From Acaryochloris marina MBIC11017 (GTDB lineage: Bacteria > Cyanobacteriota > Cyanobacteriia > Thermosynechococcales > Thermosynechococcaceae), in NCBI RefSeq assembly GCF_000018105.1, contig NC_009931.1, positions 2,962 through 34,961 on the forward strand: DNA of 32,000 nt. Reading direction: 5' to 3'. Positions 8,919 to 14,808 of the stretch are shown here, piece by piece. The notes beneath the pieces were generated by a model. The model worked only from the letters and a program-made list of their open reading frames with translations. It did no database searches and was not told the DNA's origin. The position numbers and the translations under genes are program-made. Each line of letters starts with the position of its first letter. Position 1 is the stretch's first letter.

Positions 8919-9263
8919 ATGACCATTACAGAAGCAACCCAAGCCACCACTATTGCCCAGCTCAATGACCGCTTTCGTCAAGGCGACCATACCCTAGGCC
9001 AGGTCTACACCACTCAGCTTGTTCAAGGTCTTTCTTCAGAAGAGCAGCAAGAACTCTTCCGACTGGTCCGCACGTTTGATGATTTCAATCTCAGTAATGA
9101 TCCAAGAGGAGAGCATAATTTTGGGCGCATCAAATTCAAGGGTGAGGTCTTCAACTTCAAGATTGATTACTATTCCCCTGACTTGATTCATGGCTCGGAG
9201 GACCCAGAGGATTTAACGATTACAATCAGGGTTCTAACCCTTATGCACTCCAGCGAATACTGA
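8919..9263 (+). CDS. DUF3768 domain protein
   Basis: LNDRFRQG...NDPRGEHNFGRIKFKGEVFNFKIDYYSPDLIHGSEDPEDLTITIRVLTLMHSSEY matches the DUF3768 signature as I recall it (NDPxGEHDFG ... WKIDYYD ... RVLTIMLAxEY). AGAGG RBS upstream. Confidence 0.8.
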   Translation: MTITEATQATTIAQLNDRFRQGDHTLGQVYTTQLVQGLSSEEQQELFRLVRTFDDFNLSNDPRGEHNFGRIKFKGEVFNFKIDYYSPDLIHGSEDPEDLTITIRVLTLMHSSEY

Positions 9264-9277
9264 CGCCCCCTCCCGCT

Positions 9278-9303
9278 GCACCCTGGCTTCCGGGCTGGGG
9301 TGC
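9278..9303 (+). repeat. GC-rich stem-loop Ha (family member, terminator/leader-like)
   Basis: GCACCCTGGC-ttccgg-GCTGGGGTGC forms a 10-bp stem including tandem U.G/G.U pairs. It starts 15 nt after the DUF3768 stop and is followed by CCTTCTTGGAGAGTGATT, the same leader type as after H1, but with no ORF. Confidence 0.6.
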
Positions 9304-9511
9304 CCTTCTTGGAGAGTGATTAAAACCGGGGGATATGTTGATATACCGTCTTTAGAACGACATTCATCTAGCAAAGATTGAGTTGATTGGAGGGAATTCC
9401 AAAACCTTTGCTATAGCAGTAGATCACTTACCTAAGCAATCTCGCTTAGATGCATGTGTTGGAAAGCCGGAAGCCCCACTCTACATAATTTCCCCCGACA
9501 TTATTCACTTT

Positions 9512-10624
9512 CTACACAAACATAAATACCGAATTAGTCAAGCTTAGGCTCTTAGTATTGGCAATGAAAGCAATTACTTCATCAGCGCCAGGCGTATTAA
9601 GAAATAGGAGGTGGCCTGATGAATAGGATTGGAGGCGATAGTCTCCACTGCTCCCTGACAATTGAATTTGATCCCCTTGGACACTCTGAAAGTCATAGAT
9701 ATAGGCATAATTAGCTGTGCCATAGGTGTTGTCGATGCCATCGTTATAGAAAACTGCTGACGCATCTCCTAAGACAAACATATCTGCATTCTGTCCACCC
9801 ACAAGCACATCTACCTGGGAAGCTGAATTGGGTGAATTTGTATCAACGCCTATCAATGAATCATTGCCGGCACCACCCCAAAGGGTGTCATTATCAAGTC
9901 CGCCATACAGCTGATCGGCACCAGCATCCCCATAGAGCCTATCTTGTCCAGCTTCTCCATAGAGCATGTCGTTGCCAAATTGTCCCCGCAGGATATCATT
10001 TCCGCCACGACCAAAAATGTTGTCATTGCTGTCTGTACCGATGAGTTGGTCGTTGCCAGGGGTCCCCACTAGCGGTGCTTCAACGGGTGGTGTCAGTGGG
10101 GGATTGACTGGGGCAGGCGGGGTGTTCGGATTGGAGGGGTTACCAGCTGTAGTATTGCCATCGGTTTGAGCAACATAGGTGCCTGTGACACCCCCTGCGC
10201 CAAATACTTGAGTCCAGTAGTGGGAGTAACGCTGATTGCCAGTATCGTTTTCAAGCAAATCATACCCAATTCCCATGTGTGTGAAATTAGGATTTAGAAT
10301 ATTGGCCCGATGCCCGGAGCTGCCCATCCAGGCATTGAGAACAGCCTCTGGTGTTGCCTGCCCTGCAGCAATGTTCTCCCCCCAAGTGGACCAGCCAGTG
10401 TATCCTGCTGCTTCAATACGATCTCCAGCGCTGGTTCCAGTTTGTGGATCTCTATGGGCAAAGAAGTCACCCGTTGCCATGCGAGCAGAATGCTGATCAG
10501 CAGCTTGATCAAGATTCTGGCTGAGTTGTAGGGGTCTCAGCCCGCGAGATTCGCGTTCCTGGTTTACAAGATCTAAGAGTTGTTGATCAAAGCGATCCTG
10601 TTCAAGGATTGTCATGTTGTTCAT
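9512..10624 (-). CDS. Secreted-type protein: N-terminal CAP/SCP (YkwD-like) domain plus RTX calcium-binding repeats
   Basis: The CAP domain region reads LVNQERESRGLRPLQLSQNLDQAADQHSARMA...GENIAAG...AWMGSSGHRANILNPNFTHMGIGY. It is followed by tandem GGxGxD-type nonapeptides (GNDQLIGTDSNDNIFGRGGNDILRGQFGNDMLYGEAGQDRLYGDAGADQLYGGLDNDTLWGGAGNDSLIG). Confidence 0.9.
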   Translation of the reverse strand: MNNMTILEQDRFDQQLLDLVNQERESRGLRPLQLSQNLDQAADQHSARMATGDFFAHRDPQTGTSAGDRIEAAGYTGWSTWGENIAAGQATPEAVLNAWMGSSGHRANILNPNFTHMGIGYDLLENDTGNQRYSHYWTQVFGAGGVTGTYVAQTDGNTTAGNPSNPNTPPAPVNPPLTPPVEAPLVGTPGNDQLIGTDSNDNIFGRGGNDILRGQFGNDMLYGEAGQDRLYGDAGADQLYGGLDNDTLWGGAGNDSLIGVDTNSPNSASQVDVLVGGQNADMFVLGDASAVFYNDGIDNTYGTANYAYIYDFQSVQGDQIQLSGSSGDYRLQSYSSGHLLFLNTPGADEVIAFIANTKSLSLTNSVFMFV

Positions 10625-10776
10625 TGTTCCTCATTTCATCGCGAGTAATGTTATCGCTCACCAGTGAAGATATAGTGAATTTCGACATTCAATAGATTGG
10701 CCTCACTGCAACTCAGTCCAAGTCTTTCCCACCCAATAATTTAGACAATATCCCTGTGCTTTCTCCCACACCAATC

Positions 10777-10803
10777 AGCCCCCTGGTTCACCACTGGGGG
10801 GCT
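10777..10803 (+). repeat. GC-rich stem-loop H1 (family member, in the leader of small ORF U1)
   Basis: AGCCCCCTGGT-tcacc-ACTGGGGGGCT forms an 11-bp stem with tandem U.G/G.U pairs. It is followed by TCCTTCTGAATCACTGGAGGTAATCCC and the ATG at 10831, with 27 nt intervening. Confidence 0.65.
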
Positions 10804-10830
10804 TCCTTCTGAATCACTGGAGGTAATCCC

Positions 10831-10980
10831 ATGAAAATCCAGGCTGCCAAAATCGAAGTCTGGAATGGTTGCTCCTTCCAGTGGATTGATTTCCAGATGG
10901 CTCAAACCCAGAACAGTCTTGGGGCAGTCCAGGCCATCCTAGATCGGACCAAGCTAAGGTTTGCTGATTCCAAAGCTTGA
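10831..10980 (+). CDS. Small protein U1 (49 aa), paralog family with U2/U3
   Basis: My translation is MKIQAAKIEVWNGCSFQWIDFQMAQTQNSLGAVQAILDRTKLRFADSKA. A GGAGG RBS is present. It is too short for the ORF track and is recognised through its paralogs at 11349 and 12022. Confidence 0.55.
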   Translation: MKIQAAKIEVWNGCSFQWIDFQMAQTQNSLGAVQAILDRTKLRFADSKA

Positions 10981-11175
10981 TGCCAGCTTTTCTTTTCCCT
11001 GATTGGTTGAGAACTTGATTAATATGTACCCAGATTTACAACTTGATTCGGTCTAGAGATGTAGTCTAATACCCTAACAATAAGTGGCATTATCCAGTAT
11101 TTAAGCCTCAATACATCATTTTTAAGTTTCTTCTCTCACCGATTGGGTTTGTCACTCGATCTTCGGCTACTCCCT

Positions 11176-11213
11176 AAAACCCCGGCATCTCCTGTCTGGG
11201 GTTTTCCCTTTTT
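11176..11213 (+). terminator. Intrinsic terminator-like stem-loop Hb (family member) with U-tract
   Basis: AAAACCCCGG-catctcctgt-CTGGGGTTTT forms a 10-bp stem and is followed by CCCTTTTT. The next bases, AGCCACTGGCGGAATATATCC, resemble the H1 leader (CACTGGAGGTAATCCC), but no start codon follows. Confidence 0.6.
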
Positions 11214-11292
11214 AGCCACTGGCGGAATATATCCAAGCCTTGCCACCCAATGACAGCCCCCTCCCCGAACCTTTCTCTTTCATTTCTTATTT

Positions 11293-11321
11293 AGCCCCTT
11301 AGCATCCCCCGCTAAGGGGCT
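11293..11321 (+). repeat. GC-rich stem-loop H2 (family member, in the leader of small ORF U2)
   Basis: AGCCCCTTAGC-atccccc-GCTAAGGGGCT forms a perfect 11-bp stem. The ATG at 11349 follows after 27 nt. The 3' arm is also complementary to 11249-11260. Confidence 0.65.
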
Positions 11322-11348
11322 GTCATTAGATTTAGCGGAGGTGACTCT

Positions 11349-11504
11349 ATGAAAATGTACATTGCCAACATCCTGGTCTGGAATGGCCGAGAGTTTATGA
11401 TGCTCCCCTTCCAGCAAGCTCAAACTCAGGAAAATCTTGGGGTAGTCATCAGGGAGTACGTTGCTGCGATGGGGTTGCGGCTGGTGTATTGGAGTAAGGT
11501 TTGA
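11349..11504 (+). CDS. Small protein U2 (51 aa), paralog of U1/U3
   Basis: MKMYIANILVWNGREFMMLPFQQAQTQENLGVVIREYVAAMGLRLVYWSKV, with a GGAGG RBS. Third-position-only differences to U3 across the AQTQ codons argue for coding constraint. Confidence 0.6.
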   Translation: MKMYIANILVWNGREFMMLPFQQAQTQENLGVVIREYVAAMGLRLVYWSKV

Positions 11505-11546
11505 GGCTGAGGTTGAGAAACAGCGGATATTCCAGGAGAATTCTGT

Positions 11547-11888
11547 ATGGATGTTTTAATCCTAGAAATACTCTCCATTCATCTCAAGGTTGGCGATGTC
11601 TTAGAGTTAGCTTTGATTGACAAGAAGTTCGCAACGGAGCAAATGATCGAAATCCCTATTGCTTGCAAGCTGGTAAAAAAGGATGCAATCGTTGTTCACT
11701 TCCACCACCATGAATTGGACTTAGACTTCAATACGGTAGACATACACTCCAAAAATGACCATCGGTATCTGACCATTCATAGTCTGGAGATTGTTGATCC
11801 TGAGAAAGGATATCTAGTCATTAATGAAGAGGATGGAGCTGTTCGCTATCAAGTGGCATGGAAGAAAATATCGACTACTTACGAATAG
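11547..11888 (+). CDS. Hypothetical protein (113 aa)
   Basis: ORF with an AGGAGA RBS 7 nt upstream, lying between U2 and U3. No family was recognised. Confidence 0.6.
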   Translation: MDVLILEILSIHLKVGDVLELALIDKKFATEQMIEIPIACKLVKKDAIVVHFHHHELDLDFNTVDIHSKNDHRYLTIHSLEIVDPEKGYLVINEEDGAVRYQVAWKKISTTYE

Positions 11889-11960
11889 AGTGAGCATCAT
11901 ATCCTTTCCCACTCCTCCTCCCCCAAACCTTCTCTTTTATTTCTTATCTTTTTTAATGCA

Positions 11961-11987
11961 GCCCCCTGGTATCCCCCACCAAGGGGC
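11961..11987 (+). repeat. GC-rich stem-loop H3 (family member; also terminator-like)
   Basis: GCCCCCTGGT-atccccc-ACCAAGGGGC has 9 of 10 positions paired and the same loop as H2. It is followed by CTTTTTC. The relic start codon ATA at 12016 lies 28 nt after the stem. Confidence 0.65.
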
Positions 11988-12021
11988 CTTTTTCATGATG
12001 CCCAGAGGCAATCCCATAAAG

Positions 12022-12171
12022 ATGTACGTCGCCAAAATCGAAGTCTGGAATGGCCGCTCTTTCCAGTTGATTGATTTCCAGCAAGCCCAGACCCAGGAAA
12101 GCCTTAGGTTAGTCATCAGGGAGTGTGTTGCTGCGATGGGGTTGAAGTTAATCTATTGGTATGAGTCTTAG
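12022..12171 (+). CDS. Small protein U3 (49 aa), paralog of U1/U2
   Basis: MYVAKIEVWNGRSFQLIDFQQAQTQESLRLVIRECVAAMGLKLIYWYES. The codon corresponding to the U1/U2 ATG is ATA (12016-12018), so the next in-frame ATG at 12022 is used. This is the same frame as tracked ORF 11824-12171. Confidence 0.6.
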   Translation: MYVAKIEVWNGRSFQLIDFQQAQTQESLRLVIRECVAAMGLKLIYWYES

Positions 12172-12213
12172 ATTCAATTATTAGATAAGACATTGGATAT
12201 CTTATCCAAAACG

Positions 12214-12717
12214 ATGAAACTCATCATTCTAGATAAGGACGGAACTCTCACTACCCCCAAAAGTGGCAAGAATTTTGTGCAAAAACCAGAGGACCAAATT
12301 TTACTTCCTGGTGTTTTGGATGCCGTGAGATGGCACACCTTACAAGGGCATATGCTTATCATCGCCTCAAATCAGGGAGGTGTATCAGCAGGGTATAAAA
12401 CGATTGCGGAAGTGATCTTAGAAATGAAATATTGCTTACATCTACTCCGTGGGATACAGTCAGCCTATTTCTGTCCTGATTTTGAGGGCAATCAATGCTG
12501 GCATGTAGAACGACAGAGCAGCTCTCAAGTAGAGGTGCTGAGGTTCAGGGGCAGAATGCGAAAACCTGGAGATGGGATGATTCAGCAAGCGCTTTTAGAC
12601 CATCCTTGTGTGTCTGAAATACTATTCATTGGAGATCGTCCAGAAGATGAGCAAGCGGCCCAGGCTGCTGGAGTCGATTTCCAAGACGCAGAGAGTTGGA
12701 GGCAACCCAGAGAATAA
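12214..12717 (+). CDS. HAD-superfamily (IIIA-like) phosphatase, GmhB / polynucleotide 3'-phosphatase-like
   Basis: MKLIILDKDGTL (DxDGT motif I), IIASNQGG (motif II), RKPGDGM and FIGDRPEDEQAAQAAG (motifs III/IV). The start is set at the ATG directly before the DKDGTL motif. The tracked start at 12193 is a TTG. Confidence 0.8.
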   Translation: MKLIILDKDGTLTTPKSGKNFVQKPEDQILLPGVLDAVRWHTLQGHMLIIASNQGGVSAGYKTIAEVILEMKYCLHLLRGIQSAYFCPDFEGNQCWHVERQSSSQVEVLRFRGRMRKPGDGMIQQALLDHPCVSEILFIGDRPEDEQAAQAAGVDFQDAESWRQPRE

Positions 12718-12805
12718 GACAAACTTCGACATGAGCGGATGCGATCACTGGCGGTTCATTTGCAATCGCATCCACCTACAAGCTAGCTCAAATCATTTCC
12801 CTTAC

Positions 12806-12839
12806 TTCACACCTATTAATCCATTTCACACCTATTAAT
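12806..12839 (+). repeat. Tandem direct repeat, 2 x 15 bp (TTCACACCTATTAAT), 19-bp period
   Basis: 12806-12820 and 12825-12839 are identical. The repeat lies between the HAD gene stop and stem-loop H4. Confidence 0.7.
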
Positions 12840-12840
12840 T

Positions 12841-12862
12841 CCCCTGGCTGATTCGCTGGGGG
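12841..12862 (+). repeat. GC-rich stem-loop H4 (family member, in the leader of the 177-aa gene)
   Basis: CCCCTGGC-tgattc-GCTGGGGG forms an 8-bp stem with the same tandem U.G/G.U pairs as Ha and H1. It is followed by the leader ...ATCTGGAGAAAATCCT and the ATG at 12887, with 24 nt intervening. Confidence 0.6.
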
Positions 12863-12886
12863 GTTCGCATATCTGGAGAAAATCCT

Positions 12887-13420
12887 ATGACTGTTTCCGT
12901 TCCTCCCCCCACACTTACCTCAAATTCTCAGATCCCTTCCCATCAGACCTATGTGCGTCCCCTTGGATTTGGTGAGAGTCCTTCTGGCTTAGCTATATTC
13001 TGCAACCGAGCCAATACGAACACTTGGTATACCCTTAGTCAAGACTCTCAGCCCGTGGAACTCCCCTATCCTGCGCTCACGGGCTATCTGACCAGCATTG
13101 AATTTATCAAAGGGGAGTATAAAAGGAAGCCCACCTGCAAACTCCGATTCAGGATGATTGCCCATCGTCCCTGTACTCTAGAGGCGGGTTCCGAGTCCAC
13201 GTTCACGAAGGGGTTCTTGAGTGCGATCGCAAGCTTGTCCCCGGAGCAACTCCGCAGTCCGATCACCATCGAAGCGATTCCTGCTGATGAAGAAACTGTG
13301 CTTTTTTGTTCGGTATGGTCGGGAGGTCAGAAGGTCAGAACCCAATGGGATGATCAGACCAACTGGCGAGAGGTCGCTAGACGAGCCAAGGATAATGTGG
13401 CTCAACTTCAGAGTAGCTGA
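12887..13420 (+). CDS. Hypothetical protein (177 aa)
   Basis: ORF with a GGAGAA RBS and the H4 leader upstream. No family was recognised. Confidence 0.65.
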   Translation: MTVSVPPPTLTSNSQIPSHQTYVRPLGFGESPSGLAIFCNRANTNTWYTLSQDSQPVELPYPALTGYLTSIEFIKGEYKRKPTCKLRFRMIAHRPCTLEAGSESTFTKGFLSAIASLSPEQLRSPITIEAIPADEETVLFCSVWSGGQKVRTQWDDQTNWREVARRAKDNVAQLQSS

Positions 13421-13628
13421 TGAATCCAACCTCGACTGGCAAGCACTGAAAACTCTGACGGAGTATTGCCGGGAAGATATCAAAGGCTTTTTCGAGGATG
13501 AGGGATTCCAGATTTATCCTGGTCGCCTCCATCCCTACCAAGCTCTATTTCTCAGCAATTTTTTTGTGCAACTGGTCGGTACGCGAGGGGTATTGTGCTT
13601 ATTACTGGCAGGCCCAGTAAGCCTTTGA
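13395..13628 (+). CDS. Possible small hypothetical protein (77 aa), overlapping the previous gene's end
   Basis: An in-frame ATG at 13395 lies within tracked ORF 13221-13628 (MWLNFRVADESNLDWQALKTLTEYCREDIKGFFEDEGFQIYPGRL...). The RBS spacing is poor and no family was recognised. Confidence 0.3.
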   Translation: MWLNFRVADESNLDWQALKTLTEYCREDIKGFFEDEGFQIYPGRLHPYQALFLSNFFVQLVGTRGVLCLLLAGPVSL

Positions 13629-13713
13629 GTTGTTCTGGGCAGAGCTACCGGATGATGGCAGTGATAGCCAGCTGACGAAATCTTGATGGCTTGGTGTGAG
13701 GGGAGCTTGAGAC

Positions 13714-13746
13714 AAAAAAAGACAGCTTCGGTAACGAGAAGCTGTC
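13714..13746 (-). terminator. Intrinsic terminator oriented for the minus strand
   Basis: A 9-bp perfect stem GACAGCTTC/GAAGCTGTC (13721-13729 / 13738-13746) has an 8-nt loop and is preceded on the + strand by A7 (13714-13720). On the minus strand this reads as a hairpin followed by U7. No minus-strand gene is evident to its right. Confidence 0.5.
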
Positions 13747-14167
13747 GAGATATGTTCTGATAGTTATGGAGAAGTTATCCGTACTCATAACTATGAGGAT
13801 GCCCCAATTGAGGCAAAGGATGACAAAATAGTATGGAAAAGGGCAACTGGAGTGTAGTGTGTCGCCCCTAAAGAGATTGCTGTTCACAATCGCATCAGAA
13901 TTTACCACAGCAGCAAAATAATCTGTTCGATGTTTATAAAATCTTTTGCCGCTGAGTTAATGAATTTAGTGAAAGGGCAATTCATAGTTAATAAAATTGC
14001 CCTAGTTAAAGCATTTTGTGCTTCTATTTCCTAATAAAAAATCTATCATATTTATCAAGATAAACCTTGCTAGGTAGATATTTCTGCAAGTTCCGCCCTA
14101 CTGTATTTATGAAGAATTTAGGCAATTACAATAGTTTTGATTCCCACGTTATTTTGGGAGAATCATT

Positions 14168-14552
14168 ATGGCAATCACCGTCATTAACCTTCGCTACAAT
14201 CGTAATGTCAAGGGCTACCGCTGCGACCGTGCCAGCGTCCTTGGTAATCCCTTTCACATGTTCCAAGAATCTGAGCGCCTGGCAGTCGTCGCCGCATTCC
14301 GCGAATACCTTCATGAAGTTGCCAATCTGGGAGCCAATCCCGTTGATGTGGTCCTTCTTCTGGCTGAAAAGTACTAACGTCACGGTTTCTGGAATGTGGA
14401 AGCACCCCAGTCGTACTCAAGTGATGGCAGAGCTAGTCAAGCTGGAGGCCATGCCAGACATGAAGTTGCTGTGTTGGTGCGTTCCCTTGGCCTGCCACGG
14501 CGATGTCGTTAAGTCCTACCTCGAGTGGAAGCACGAAGAAGCTTGCAGATAA
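14168..14552 (+). pseudogene. DUF4326 domain gene with a +1 frameshift
   Basis: The N-terminal part is in the frame of 14168-14377 (MAITVINLRYNRNVKGYRCDRASVLGNPFHMF...REYLHEV...LLLAEKY*). The C-terminal part is in the next frame (...RTQVMAELVKLEAMPDMKLLCWCVPLACHGDVVKSYLEW, ending at 14552). Together they give the DUF4326 signature (VINxR ... GNPF ... CWCxPxxCHGDV). Removing one A from GAAAAG (14366-14371) would restore a single frame. Confidence 0.7.
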
Positions 14553-14574
14553 GGCTGTCTTGATAAAGTGCGTG

Positions 14575-14609
14575 AAAAACAAAGAGGCAGTTTCGTTGAG
14601 AAACTGCCT
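14575..14609 (-). terminator. Stem-loop with its U-tract only on the minus strand
   Basis: A 10-bp perfect stem AGGCAGTTTC/GAAACTGCCT (14585-14594 / 14600-14609) is preceded on the + strand by AAAAACAAAG. It lies 33 nt after the DUF4326 stop, so it could also act weakly for the + strand. Confidence 0.4.
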
Positions 14610-14808
14610 AAATTAGACAAATGATTTTTTGTTCAGAATTCCCACTGAAGAAGTGCAGTGAGCAGTCCTTATCTAGTCATTCTAGATACTCTTGCAAGAG
14701 TAATTCAGATATTACAGAGCAAATTTATAAGTAAAAAGGCGACCCCCATCTAGGAAGAATCGCCTCAAGTTGAATCGTTGAAAATTTCCTATCTAGGAGA
14801 AATCTATC

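Noticed and set aside
10745-12171. The repeated units might be a CRISPR-like or other non-coding tandem array.
   Set aside because: The units are about 250 bp, irregularly spaced and only about 75-80 percent similar. They contain ORFs with third-position-only substitutions. There are no short identical direct repeats with unique spacers.
9278-12862. The hairpins might be integron attC sites and the small ORFs integron cassettes.
   Set aside because: There are no RYYYAAC / GTTRRRY core sites at the hairpin borders, no intI integrase or attI in the window, and the hairpins lie upstream of ORFs at RBS distance rather than at cassette 3' ends.
13223-13230. A HIP1 octamer GCGATCGC might serve as a cyanobacterial marker.
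   Set aside because: I noticed only one exact copy, which is not enough to support a taxonomic claim.
13645-13908. Minus-strand ORF of 87 aa with a hydrophobic stretch, a possible type I toxin.
   Set aside because: It reads straight through the hairpin and U7 tract of the minus-oriented terminator and continues about 70 nt beyond it. There is no RBS.
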